Shown here piece after piece: positions 50,058 through 63,552 of a stretch of 64,000 nucleotides of DNA (its first letter is position 1; each line of letters starts with the position of its first letter). The translations under genes and the position numbers were made by a program. The stretch is taken from NCBI GenBank assembly GCA_965113315.1, contig OZ220376.1. One strand, given 5' to 3'. Under the pieces are notes generated by a model that was not told where the DNA came from, made no database searches, and saw only the letters and a list, made by a program, of their open reading frames with translations. Source of the DNA: Podarcis vaucheri. Its lineage: Eukaryota.

Positions 50058-50981
50058 CTGCCGAAATAAAGAGATATAAAAGAACTGAGAAATGGCTCAA
50101 CAATTTGCACATCCTAGACTTGCTTTTAATATGTGGCTTCCAGTATGAAATTAGAGGGGGGAGATTAAAAATAATAATATAAGAATTCAGATAATACTAA
50201 TTTTAAACTTTCATTCTTTGATAGAAAGGCAGCACATACATTTTAATTCTAATAACTTAAATTGCATTCATAAGTACATCTGCCCAAAATAAAACCAGTG
50301 CTTAAAACAGTAGGCTGTGGGAGAATCATTTAATCTGAGTCTACAGTTCTATGTAATTCACCCTTCAGTTCAATATTGCATAGGAATAAAATTACTGCCG
50401 CCCACAGAGTTTTATCCTTTTGTCAGTTATTTATTGAAATTTAAAGAGTAAAATATTCGCTTTTCCAGAATTCAGTATTTTGCCTTACTAGCATGCTTAC
50501 TGGTTGTCCATAAAGATTCCAGTACACATCTGGTTTTGAATTGTACAGGGTGAAAGACAGTGCAAAGAGGATTTTACTGTTATAGCAAGCTAATGAACAA
50601 CTGGTTTTTAAGTTTGTTAAATCCATGTCTGCAAATTGACAAGGTTTGTGACTGGATTTACATACCAGACTAAAACGTTGGTTGTAGATTTTTTGAAGTT
50701 CATTTATTTAATAATATCTCTAAACAGCTTACATTAAATGAACTCAAACTAGTAAAGGTAAAATAAATACCAAAACAATTTAAAACAGAAACCAAAACAT
50801 CATAGATAACACAGCAGAAAGGTACAGTACAGGGAAAGCCTAGATGAAAAACAAGGGAAGCACTCAACAGTCAGCAGCTCTCAGAAAATGGGGGGGGGGG
50901 CATTCCGGAAGACAGTCATCACCACTGTTTGAGTCTGTTTTCTCGTATATAAGCCATAAGTCAAAATTCATCCACATAAGC

Positions 50982-51330
50982 TAAACAGCCTCGGTCCAGT
51001 ATACCTGAAGGAGCGTCTCCACCCCCATCGTTCTGCCCGGATGCTGAGGTCCAGCGCCGAGGGCCTTCTGGCGGTTCCCTCATTGTGAGAAGCAAAGCTA
51101 CAGGGAACCAGGCAGAGGGCCTTCTCGGTAGTGGCGCCCGCCCTGTGGAACGCCCTCCCACGAGATGTCAAAGTGATAAACAACTACCTGACATTCAGAA
51201 GACATCTTAAGGCAGCCCTGTTCAGGGAAGTTTTTAACGTGTGATATTTTAGTGTATTTTTGGTTTCTATGGAAGCCGCCCAGAGTGGCTGGGGAGGCCC
51301 AGCCAAATGGGCGGGGTATAAATAATAATA
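50982..51330 (+). mobile_element. L2-like LINE 3' end, young (CpGs retained)
   Basis: ORF2 end ...GPVYLKERL...RAFSVVAPALWNALP...FRRHLKAALFREVF, 3' stem ccgcccagagtggctgggg...gggcggggtataaataa. Confidence 0.85.
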
Positions 51331-51331
51331 A

Positions 51332-51389
<58 letters not shown>
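51331..51389. repeat. (ATT)n microsatellite
   Basis: About 19 ATT units after the L2 tail. Confidence 0.95.
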
Positions 51390-51390
<1 letters not shown>

Positions 51391-52090
51391 TGAATGTTAG
51401 GAACAATACTCAGTCATGTATCTTCAAATATCCTAGTGACTATTCCTAATGAAACTGGAAATCAAATACTACCTATGCAACAAATTAGTTTAAAACTTTT
51501 GTTTCCATGACTTCCCTTTAGCAAGATGCCCTCTGTTATTTGATCAGCATGCTTCCATTGCCAGTTGGCATCCCAGCAGACCAGGGGCCAAAATACTACA
51601 ATAGATTTATAATTGTCTGAATTTTTCAAAAAGCATGCCTTGCATCACTCAGTGCCTAACAATGCCAGCTCCTCAGATTGAGGTACCAAGGACAGCAGCT
51701 GTAAAAATGCTAACTGTAATTACTCTAACTCTATATTGTACAGTATGCGGGCAAGAATCAGAAAGCATGCCAACCCAAATTTTACTAAGGCTACTCTTAC
51801 AGCAATAGCAACTGATCTCACACCAACTGATTCTATCACAATTATGTGCCATATGAATAGAAGACTGTGTAGTTCTATATGGGTGCGTGTATTTGGCAGT
51901 GAATGGAAACCCAAGCAATATTTTAAAAGCATCAAAATGAGATTATAATATAACAATCTTGTAGATGGCAGCACATCTGATATCCTAGAGATTTGTGTAC
52001 TGTACTTAACTGCAGTAGGAAAATGGTGACTTCTTGTTATGAACTTTCCACTCAAAAGATTCTACATTATTACAGGGCGCAACACTAGGG

Positions 52091-52420
52091 CAGGGGTCTG
52101 CAACCTTTAAGACAAAAAGAGCCACTTGGACCCGTTTCCAAAGGAAAAGAAACTGGGAGCCGCAAAACCATTGCGACATTGAAAGCATGCGCGCCACTGC
52201 CCTCTGATCTGACAGCGGGCGGGAAGGTGACATCGGGACAGTGCGTGACTAACGCACGCACCGCCCCCATGCGACGTCACAGCCAGTACAGCGCCTGCCA
52301 CAGTGGGGAGTGTCGGGGTGCACAATGCGCCTCCTCCCCTTGCTAATATCCGCCCTGGAGTCGCGGCAAAGGTGTAAAAGAGCCACATGCGGCTCCGGAG
52401 CCGCGGGTTGCAGACCCCTG
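52091..52420. mobile_element. Non-autonomous hAT (Charlie-type) element
   Basis: Perfect 8-bp TSD cactaggg; perfect 15-bp TIR CAGGGGTCTGCAACC / GGTTGCAGACCCCTG. Confidence 0.93.
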
Positions 52421-55400
52421 CACTAGGGCATCCCATGGGTTGAGAAAATAGATCAGTCCTCAAACATTTCGGTTTGATACCATTATTATTTTGTGGTATG
52501 GTTCTTTATTACTTTAGTAATATTAAATGGTTAGAAACCACCCTAAGCAGCATGATTACAGTTGGATAGGATGTAAAAGGTTCTTATTAACTTCTATTTG
52601 TTGAATGTGGTAGATGTAAGCTAAAATCCAACCTAGCATATCTAAAACCAAAATACCAAGACAGAGTTTAATTTGGCAACAGTAACATGCTCATTAAATG
52701 GATGTTTACTAAGCACCTCTTCTCTCCACCCCTAGAAATCTATATAGAAAATGCAACTCCGCTGAAAAAAGATGACAAGTGACAACATGCCTGACATAAA
52801 AGATATTTCCTCTTAAAGGTTTGGAATGATAACATAAAAGAGACCCCAGAACACAAATACAGCTGTAGTCAGCAGACCCAGCTTTAATCCATTTGTTGTT
52901 ATCACTTTTGATAGGCACACTGGCTAGAACTTCAAATATAATGGAATCAACAACACAAGCAGATTATCCAGAGAAATATTTAGAATGAGGATAATGTTAA
53001 AAAGCATAATGTACAGTTCAAAGCTTTTAAAACAAGTTTCAAATCTTATGGAAAGTCAGAGAATATCTTACTCATGATACAATAGCACTAAAGAACATCG
53101 GTCATTATTTTTTCACGTTTTCTCTTATCTACACATGTCTATATTATGCCTTGTACTTGCAAGGCTGGCTCATAATAATATTCTTGGTTGTTAATTAGAG
53201 CTGAGAGAAGATGGACTGAACATCAAAGTACCTTGATTAAAGGAATATGGAGAAATTAAGGAGTGAGAGAAGAGAGTTAGACACATCTTAGCACCTTTAT
53301 GCTCAGCTGGTCTGAGCAATAGAAAATCCTAGTGGGAATACCAAGAAATGGCATGGAGGAGGCACATGATCCCTATCCCCTGCTACTTGCCTTATACCAA
53401 GGAACAAACACTTGGGACACTATTTGAATTATAGTTCCTCAAGCTGTATCATTCTGTACTGGAGTCAGATCAACTCTGCCACAGGAAGCCACATAAAACT
53501 GAGTGGCCACTTGGTCTCCTGAGCATGGGCTCCTGTCACTACAACTGTGGGAAACAATCCAGCTAGAGTTCTTGGACTGCTTAAGCAGAAGTTGTTCTAT
53601 TCTCTGTCTAAAATGGCATATTTGATGTGCTATTAAGTGTTGATTTCAAAATTGTATCCATTGCTTTGTCATAACCTGCCCTGTGACCTTATAGGGAAGG
53701 GCAGAAAAGAAATCCTACGAACAAAAATATATGCTGTACTGTATCAGCAATATCTGCACGTCTCCAAGTAAAGAGCATGATTAATCTGATATTGCATTTT
53801 ATTATTCCAATAAATTTCCGATAAAGTTTATTTTTAATTTTTCTTTGTTTGCCTTCTCTATTTTTAACAAAGTTAGTTTCACCATATGCCACTTCCCAGC
53901 CTTTAACCAGCAACCAATAGACAGTGGCATGAAATATTCCCATTTTGAGCAAATAACCATTTTGGTCACTGTAAATGTATGAATTATCATTTTTAAATCT
54001 TCAAAGGAAACCTATCTGGCCTCTTCTCTGACAGCATTCTGTCCACATGCCAATACAATAAATTCTTATAGTAAAGGGCTTTGACTGACTGCTGGAGATT
54101 CTACATTGCAGACAGTATCATACTTGTAGTTAGAATGGCTCCTTTGCTGCCCTTAGTGCTTATGGCTGCATAAATTGCTGCTGAATTTACTCTATGTTTA
54201 GCTCACTGCTGATGTTATTGTTGTATAATAATCATTCCCCATCCCACATGCATTAGTATGACTGCTGTTGTCACTTAGTTGTCATTTTTAATAGTATACG
54301 TTGTCTCGGGTGCTGTTGAGCAGAAAAGAAATGTATGCACATAAAACATGGACAGGAAGAAACAGCATATGAAATCGCCCTCAAAATATCAGACACCGCA
54401 AATCACAGTTGATCACCACTGGCTCTTGAGTAGTTAATAGGTTTCTGAGAAATTCTGAGTATCTTTAATTAGTGGAATGAATATTAGCTTTGTCACTATA
54501 CGTATAAAGCTCAGGGAATTTCATATGTTAATCCAGTTGATTCATGTAGAGAAAGAATGAGTCTTCTCAGAGAAGAGTTTATTGTCTTTGGCAGATTTCA
54601 AATGCCAGTTGTCACAATGATTGCTTATTGAATGCTTATTGTTTTACCAAAGAATAAATGAGTGTTTTCTTCTTTTAGACACTTGGTTTAATCAATCTAA
54701 ATATAAAAGAGCATTGAAGAAAGTCCATTGCTTCTCCATAAATAGCTGGAACTGACTGAAACAGATGCTACCTACCAGACACTGCATTTTCATATTATTT
54801 TGATAGCACAAAGAATTCCCTAAATCCCTAGACAAATGGGAAAGCATGAGATGCTGAATCAGAGCACTGTCAAGCAAACTGGCTAGGAAGCAGCACAGCT
54901 GGAGCTTGGATGACAGAAAGGGAAAGTCCCACCAAAAGTAATTTCATTCTAAAATGTGAGGAAGAGGGCTGTGAAACAGGACTGCATAAAGAAAACTAGT
55001 AGCCGAGACCCAGATTAAGGGAGGATCACAACGGGGGGGGGGGGAATGGGCATGGGGCAAAACAGCAGGCTAGAAATAGAGGAGGGTATGAGCAACAAAA
55101 TACTTGGCAAGTGTGACTGGGGCTGGGTAGGAAAATTGCTGACATGAATGGGGGAAGGGGAGAGTGGAAGTGAAGAAAGGAGAGGTTCACTCTCAGTTAT
55201 GATTGAGTATAAGGGAGGGAAATAACGAAGAGCAGATGTCAGAGGAATTTTGCTTAAAAATACATTTTTTGAGCTATCACACCTTCAGACTTCCAAACAT
55301 TTCCAAGATCCAAAGCAGCTCTTGGCAATTTCCTGGTGAATATCATTGTTGCAGTGTAATGCACCTTAACTGACTTCCAGTAGTAATAAACTAAAATATA

Positions 55401-56896
55401 TTCCCAATGTAGGGAAAGTTCAGAGCGTGTTTTACGTTCTATATGCCATCCTGTGCAAGGTCAATATTTGCCACTGCTGGAAACTCAGGTATATAAAAGC
55501 TAGGAGCCAAATGGATCCTTAAGCCAAGGTTACAGTGGCCAAAACAGAATGTCTAGTTGGGCAAGATGGCTCTAAAATCTTATTTTTCAAATTATGGACT
55601 GACTGTAATCAGTGTTAGGAACTGAGATATGAAAGCTAGGAGCTGAATGGCACCATGTGAAAAATGAAGATAATATTTTAGCTGTGGTTCATTCATTTTC
55701 AGCTTTGTATTCTTGTTATTAAAAAGTACGCTTAGACATTCCATTGTTGTTCGCATAACCTAGGTTTAAGGTGCCATTCAGCTCCACCCCATCTCCTTCC
55801 CAAAATCTGGAAGCAGAGCAAGCAAGATTTGCTACTTACTAGATTTGTGTCCTGGTTTTTTTTTTTTACTAGAGTTCTCAAATCAGATTGCAGCATTCAT
55901 AACATGCAATATATTCATTTAAAACATTTATACAGTACTTTAAAAACTCTCTGTGGCAGCTCTCAAAAATGTGGAACTCCCTCCCCATTTAGATGTGTTA
56001 AATATCTTTATTATATGGTTTTCAAATGCACCTCTGTACCTGGGCCTTTGACAAGTAAGACTTGTGTGATTGTTATGAGGCCACCTCTGTTGTCTGATGC
56101 AAATTCTTTGGTTTGTTTTATTGACTTTTAATACTGTATGGTTATATTATTGTAAGCTGCCTGATGGTGAAGGGTGGGTAAGCAATCTCTTAAACAAACA
56201 AAACCTTTCATTCCTCTTTACAAAGAGGAGGGAAGCAGTAGAAGGAGCAACTCTGAACTGATCCAGGAATAAGCGTGTGGTGGCATTATTACCCACTTCT
56301 CACACTCTCCTCTTAATATTAAGTTTTCCCTTTGTTGAAACACTAACAATGGGGACTGCAAACCCATTTGCAGTAATATCAGTGCTTCACTTCTGACCTT
56401 TTAGAATTATGTTTATTTAATTACCTGAGGTATTAGGAGAAAAAAACCCCAGAAGTTATTTCTAACAAATTTAAGTTCAGAAGTCTCATTTTTCAAGACA
56501 CGTACCACAAACTCGGCCAATGCCAACGCTATGTTTTGGAATGCCATGATTCTCAGTGACAAATACACATGATGAATACATATGACGAATATATATGGAA
56601 GACATTATAATACAACATAGTCCATAAGGGTTTCCCAGAAAAGATTTGTGAGTAGGATAAAGCATGACTGCCAGATCCTGTTCATAGTTCTTTGGTGTAA
56701 AAAATCCATATGGATTTAAAATTCCAAGGTAATGTTTTCCACATGTCTTCACAGAAAAGTTACAAAAGCAGAAGAGCCTTGCATATCGCTATCAGTTGGG
56801 GGTGAATGGCGCCAGGCTCCAGGACAGAATGGTAATCATAAGACATAAATACTTTATAACACACTATGAATGATGGGGTGGGAAGCTGTATCTTAC

Positions 56897-57739
56897 CTCA
56901 AGTACTGGTCCAGCTCCAAGAATTATTTGTTCTACTCCACTAGCAAATCCTTTTTGGCTAAGAGCAGTGAGGTGATGAATCAAGAAATTTGTGCTCTGTG
57001 TTTTCCCAGACCCACTTTCTCCAGAAATGACTATACACTGGTTCTTCCGACGCTGAAGCATAGCATGGTATGCTACATCAGCTACTGCATAAATGTGGGG
57101 CTCCAGCTTTCCAAGCTGATGGTTATCATACATTTTGACATACTTAGGGTTGTAAATAGGGAGAAATTTGAATGGATTTATTACTATTAGTATGCTCCCA
57201 ACGTATGTGTAAATTTTCTCCTGTTTAAAACGATTTCTAAGGTTTTCTAGGAGAGTTCTCTCATTCAAGTCTGGCAAAGCACATAAATCATCGTAGTCTT
57301 TGTACTGCGGTTGAGGAAGGAAGCCACGTTCCATCATCCTGCGCCGCTCTTCTGTCACCTGCAACCAGGACTGGAGACTGGCATAATGTATTGACCCATC
57401 TAGGTTCTTTTCCCTTAGAAGAAAACGATAGTCCTCTCCACTCAAACGGTTCTCTAGGGCCATTCGGGGCCACAACATCATGCGCTGGACAGGGCAGTCT
57501 GTGGGGTTGAGGATCCATTCTTCCCCACCAAACTCCTTCACCTCTGCCAAAACGTAGCATTTTGTTTTGTCCAGTTGAAGTTTGTTAATGAGAGAGTCTA
57601 TCACCTCAGCAGCTGTGGAAGTTTTTCGTGCAATAACAGGACAATAGATGGTCCCTTCAGCAATGTTCCCAGGGTATATGTGTAGTGTGTGTTCGCTGTC
57701 CTCAAAGCGTCTTCTTCCTCCAACATCATTTCCACTCAT
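56897..57739 (-). CDS. MYO9A: MYO9A exon 2, coding part (843 nt): RA domain and start of motor with P-loop GESGSGKT
   Basis: [19 protein letters not shown]...GAGPVLE; donor GAG|gtaaga. Confidence 0.98.
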
Positions 57740-57809
57740 ATTGGACTTCTTCCCATCAGTAACAGTAATCCATCTTCAGAATGGTTGAATAATGGTCATG
57801 GCATCAGCA
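57740..57809 (-). other. MYO9A: MYO9A exon 2, 5' UTR part (70 nt) containing four uORFs
   Basis: Acceptor tttttgtttcattttgtag|TGCTG with AG at 57811-57810. Confidence 0.8.
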
Positions 57810-57994
57810 CTACAAAATGAAACAAAAAATAGTTTATTGATAGGATATTTTCAATCAGCAAGTTTGTTTGTTTGTTTGTTTTTGAAAACTTGAGGTCACT
57901 TGGGCTTCTAGTGACAAAGATGAATCTAGGCACACTCCCAGACCATGTACCTGCTTCTTCATGGGGAGCATGACTCCATCCAAAGTCCAATTAT

Positions 57995-58225
57995 CAGAAC
58001 TTGGGAACCACCCACCATGTCTCTGTCTTGCCTGGATTCAGCGTAAACTGAATCCAGCCCACCACCAAGTCCAAGAACAAGTCCAGGATTTGCACAGCTT
58101 TTCCTGATTTAGGTGTTACAGAGAAGCAGAGCTGGGCATCATCAGCATACTGATGACACCTCACCCCAAATCTCCAAATGACCCCTCCCAATGTCTTCAG
58201 ATAAATTTTAAACAAACTGGGACCA
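57995..58225 (-). mobile_element. L2-like LINE RT fragment
   Basis: LFKIYLKTLGGVIWRFGVRCHQYADDAQLCFS...LNPGKTE. Confidence 0.85.
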
Positions 58226-60740
58226 AGATGGTAATCTGCTTCATCCAAGAGTACTTGTTTGTTGTCAATCAACGTTCTGCACTGTGCAAAGTCTAAGATT
58301 TCAGGCAAATGCCCAGTTCAGTTTTAAATGGGCCAAACCATTTTTAAAGAACATCACACAAATACAGAATATTCAAATGCTGTACTGGTGACAAAAGTAA
58401 ACCAGCTGTATTCTGATTATTTATGCATCCATTCCCTTAAAGAAGTTTTATTTCCTTACATCTCACTGTAGACTACTTATTTATGTTTATGTGATTCATC
58501 CTCATGCACATAGCTGAAGTTTCAGAAACAAATTACTGTCTTGTTTGCTAAATATACACATCTCCACAAAAACAGCACGCCAAAGAATAAACTTAGCAAG
58601 AAGGTCTTACCCTCTGCAGGTATTCAGGATACATGCAGGAGATCGGGAACACTGCTATTATACTTCACATGTAATAACAAATGGAAACATTTCCTGAAAG
58701 CCAATTCCCATGAAGCTATTATATAGATACCCACGCTTGCCAGCTGACTGCCAGGAAGCTTTACATTTAACCTTCACAATGCATCTGAGGGGAAAGACTG
58801 CATAAATTATAATGGCACTCTCTAATGTCCCCGATATGAAATGATTAAGATGTAAATGAACATTTTTAAAAAGAACATTTGAGCTGTCACAAGCTAAAGA
58901 AATTATCTCCTGCAGATTTCCCTTTATGAAGCAGGCCAGTCACTAGCTCTTAGCACATAATGGGAGGCAAACATTTTCAGAGTATGGTAGTAGTCCAATA
59001 GAAGGGTTGCAGTTTATTCATTATTTCCATTCACAGGACAAGAAGTGCTTGAGAATGCTACAGGAAATCCTGCCAGGCAAATTATAACAAGGTGCAAGAA
59101 AAAGTATACAGTACTTTTAGTATACCTGTTCTGGAATGCGGAGCTCATCTACAAATAGTAGCAGGATTAGCTTTGTGATACATTGCAGAGGTTCAGTACA
59201 GATATGATCAGAAATAGTCTTTTGCTTTGCCACTTTTTCAAGCTGGTACATCACATTTGAAGAACTACTGTACTGGTGTTGTCTGTGATCTTTGATCATA
59301 GCTCCTGAAGAAGGAGCATTCCACACCAAAACATGTAGAGCTACAATAAAAAAATATTGTATCTGTGAGCACTGGAGTTTGTACTCTTCCTTCTATTACA
59401 TAAAATAGTACAAGACCTCTCTTTCAAGGCAGTTTGTATAGCATCAGAAGAGTTTGGATTCTTGATTTTCACTGATGCAATAAACAGTTATATATGGGAT
59501 TGATTGCCAGCTACACAAAGGCTTCCGCCGGTGGGTTCCACTGCTATGCTCTGACGGCAGCCTAAATATAGCAAGGGATTGCTGCTTTGTGTGGCTATGC
59601 CTCCAAAGCAACTTATTGACCCTTGCTGACCTCCAGGACAGCCTATAATACCCTTCCTGAGCAAAAGGTTACTTGGTTCACTTATGCTGCTTCCTCTTGG
59701 CCTAAGCCATGTTCCTATTTTTCACCTTTCTGCTACTTGCCTCCCTGCACATTGCCCAATTCATCCTCTTTGTCAGCATCCTTATCTTTGTTTCTCCTAC
59801 ATTCACCTGAAGATTGATTATCTGATTATTTCTTCTAGTTCTATTCAGATAGTGCTTACCGCCATACTCCAAAAGAACCTCAGCTATTAGCTATACCTTC
59901 CTTAAGCAGCTTCTCAACTGACTGTCTCCAGTCCACTCCCACCAATCCTGCCCTCAATCTCCCTGCAACTATAATTCAGAAGCAATAGGCAAATAATACC
60001 ATACCTAAAACTTAGGTCAACACATTCTCTATTTGTTGCAAGGGCAACCGAAACATGCCTTCCATAAGTAACCAACATGGTGCTCTCCATATGCTGTGAA
60101 CTACTTCCCTTATTTCTGACAACTGGCTACCCTGGCTGGGAACAACAGAAAATGCAATCCACAACATTTGAAGGGCACTGCAATGGCTGCCCTGTATCAG
60201 CCACTGGAAGCAGCAAAGCTAATCTGCTTCTCCCTCCCACCCCCCCACCCCCACCCCGCAATTTGGCAACCAGAACAGGGATGAAGGCAGAGTCATGGCT
60301 ATGGAAACAAAATTTAACCAGCAGCCCAGCTGAGGAAGTGGGAACTTTGGTCATTCAAACTTAAATCCCTTCTCAGTGTGGTCCTTCAGTAAAACAAGAC
60401 ACTAATGAGGGCATACTAACAACTACATGCAGTGCCTTTAGAGCATTAAAAAATGGGGATTATTTCAATCCAGGTGGTTTTGATGCAGTGGTATGGAAAA
60501 TATTACACACGTAAAGAATGAGCAGCAATGACATGGCATATTTTAATCAATCTTTTAAAACGAAAAAAGTTTGACCCCTCTCACTTGTTAACACATCACA
60601 AACTCCTGAGGACAGGAAGCTTTAGCAAGGCCGTTATGGTGCCAGCCTGTCTGCAGTACTTCCCATATCACCACATTATGTTATTACACTGGCAAAACTT
60701 AGTCATCAAGTGGACATAAAAGCTATATGCAGATCTATCT

Positions 60741-61078
60741 AGGTAAGGTAAAAGTAAGGACCCCGGACGGTTAAGTCCAGTCAAAGGCGACTATGGGGTG
60801 CAGCGCCCATCTCACTTTTTAGGCTGAGGAACCCGGCATTTGTCCACAGACAGCTTTCTGGGTCTGGCGCACAGAGGAATGTGAGGAGTGCCAGAGCACA
60901 TGGAAACACCATTTACCTTCCCAAGTATTTATCTACTTACACTGGTATACTTTCGAACTGCTACATTGGCAGAAGCTGGGACACAGCAACGGGAGCTCAC
61001 TCCATCATGCAGATTCAAACTGCTGACCTTCTGATCGGCAAGCTCAAGAGGCTAAGTGGTTTAGACTACAGTGCCACC
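60741..61078 (-). mobile_element. Sauria SINE, older subfamily
   Basis: Shares tttaccttcc, tttcgaactgct, gggagctcac and gaccttctgatcggcaag blocks with the 35304 copy; probable TSD tgcagatct. Confidence 0.85.
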
Positions 61079-62194
61079 TGCAGATCTGCTGCCTACTGGT
61101 TCCAAGCCCCAATCATGATAATGATAACGATAACGATAATAATATTTTTTTTATTTATACCCCGCCCTCCCCAGCCAAGGCTGTAGGAACATGATGCAGG
61201 AACACATAAAGCAGGATCTCAACTAAACCACTGATGGGATCATGGTTTCTCACAACAGTCTAGGCAGGAACCATAGTTAGGCTAGAGGGGACAGTTTGTT
61301 TTCAGCCAAACACCTTGTCCATTTCTTAAAAGGTTTTCCTCTAAGGATAGTCTTGCTCATCTCTGACTACATACCCTATTAAATCCCTGCTGTGACTTTC
61401 ACTTCTATAAATTTCCCACTATCAGACAACTGAAGATAGCTCTGCTCCCTATGTTCTCTCTTGCTGCGCTCTCCACCTGGAACTCCTCCCAGAAACCCTT
61501 CAAGATTCCACATATCACCCCCCTCAAAATCCACCTTTGTCATGAAAATAAAATAAAAACCTAAATTTGCTTTGTTGTAGTCCCCAATATTTAACAGTAT
61601 AATCTGCTTGGGCAGAATGCTGCTTGTGTTATCATACCTTCTTACTATAATATTAGCCGAGAAGTCACTCTTAAGAAAAAGTGTCATGATACACACTTTC
61701 TCCAAACTAATAGGAGTAGTAGTACCCAGTCAGCCATTCAGCCCAACAGAAGTACCCCTTCAAGGATATAGGTACTTGTAATGACACACATCTGTGTACA
61801 GTATATGCATGGTGTTGTACTTAATAGAGCATGGCTCAAATTTGAGGATGAGGCTAAAATATCTCACTTTTAATAGAATCAATAAACTCTTTAATGCAAT
61901 GGACCATAGCAAGCTTCTGAACTGGACCAAACATCTCGGTAGCACTTTGGGGGAAGCGGCGCGGGGGAAAATTTAGGACACTGTTCACTGTTCCCACTGT
62001 CTCTGCATCTTCCTTTCTTGTTGAGTATTACTGCTGCTCCTTTAAGTTAATATTAGCTATAGTTTGTCCAGATTCAGGGGTGTGGGTGCTTAATCTAAGA
62101 TGGTACACAAGCCTGAAGTTCATTCTCTTAATGCCAAACAAGACCAATCTTTGTTGCATCTGTTTCCCAAATATCAAATGACAACCCTATAAAT

Positions 62195-62330
62195 CAGTGA
62201 TGGCCAAACTTGGCCCTCCAGCTGTTTTGGGACTACAACTCCCATCATCCCTGGCTAACAGGACCAGTGGTCAGGGATGGTGGGAATTGTAGTCCCAAAA
62301 CAGCTGGAAAGACAAGTTTGGCCATCACTG
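62195..62330. mobile_element. Hairpin hAT MITE related to 8508-8634, opposite orientation
   Basis: CAGTGATGGCCAAACTTG / CAAGTTTGGCCATCACTG; flanks ctataaat / cttcaaat. Confidence 0.85.
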
Positions 62331-63311
62331 CTTCAAATGAAGCTGCTGATAGTTTATTTTATATATTCTCATATATGAATAACTTTTATCAGTAAATCTA
62401 AACAAAAATGAAAGGTTTCCAGCTACAGTTTCCCTGAAAACACTTTGTAGCTTTCATTAGCAATATCAGGTCCAAATAATGATTGAGCTACAGTGACCCA
62501 TCTTGCCACAAAATGTGTAAAGTCATTTATGGAATAATCCAGGAACACCAGCTTTAAAATTCACACAGATCTCAACATCTGCATTTTAGCAAAGGAAAGA
62601 AGCTAACTACAAGAAAAGCATGCATTTTTGTCCAACTCCTGTGCTTTCAATGCAAACTGGAAAATGTAGACGAGCCAATTGCTTCAAGACATCTTATTAG
62701 GCCAATAAATGCTACCCAATGCATTATACTCCATTTAAGAACAATAATCCTGCCAAGTAAGCACAGTAGCTCAAACATAAAGATGACAATGCAGTGCCTT
62801 CCTCTCCAAAGCTGTTTGGTATATTTTTAAAAACCACCAAAACCTTAAAATTAAGCAAGGGCAAAAATGGAAAGCAACAATACAGAGAGGACATTGTTCA
62901 CGGATAAACCATAAGGTCCTAATTTCAATTCCTGGCATCTCCAGCTAAAGAAGGGATGGTCAAGACTTTCAGGATGCTTCTCTACATCTGTACTACATAT
63001 GGATCCTTGGTATTTTTTTGGTTTACATTATAAAAAGCAAAACAAAAAAACTCACTACCCTTATTTTTTTTTTAAAAAGGGGGGCATAGGGAAGGCTTCA
63101 AAAGATCTGAGGGAGCTCCACTTTGAAACGCCTGTATATCACACATACCAAAAACACAGTAAAGACATTTTGACAAAGCAGAACAAAATGAAGTATCAAA
63201 ATAATTATAAATGGTACTGTGCGAAAGTTCCAAACAGAAGTGCTTTTAAGCCCAAACCTTGGGACCACAGTCAACTAACCCGAAAGCTAACATCTAGAGG
63301 GAACCATAATA

Positions 63312-63552
63312 CAGTGGTACCTCGGTTTATGAACTTAATCTGTTATGGAAGTCCGTTCTTAAACTGAAAGCGTTCTTAAACCGAGGAGTGCTTTCCCTAA
63401 TGAGGCCTCCCGCCACCAGTGCCCTTCCACCGTTCAGATTCCCTTCTTAGACCGAGGTAAAGTTCTCAAAGTGGGACACTATTTTTGGTTTTGCAGAGTT
63501 TGTAAACCGAATGGTTCTTAAACCAGACTGTTCTTAAACCGAGGTACCACTA
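63312..63552. mobile_element. Tc1/mariner MITE (third family with the same terminal 12 bp)
   Basis: TA|CAGTGGTACCTCGGTTTA ... TAAACCGAGGTACCACTA|TA; repeated gttcttaaac motifs. Confidence 0.88.

Noticed and set aside
51098-51449. Poly-Asn and poly-Leu ORFs
   Set aside because: Translation of an (ATT)n microsatellite next to an L2 tail
158-57190. Plus-strand ORFs antisense to exons (e.g. 158-442, 9395-9622, 23847-24142, 56870-57190)
   Set aside because: Shadow ORFs of real coding exons; no independent gene structure or recognisable protein
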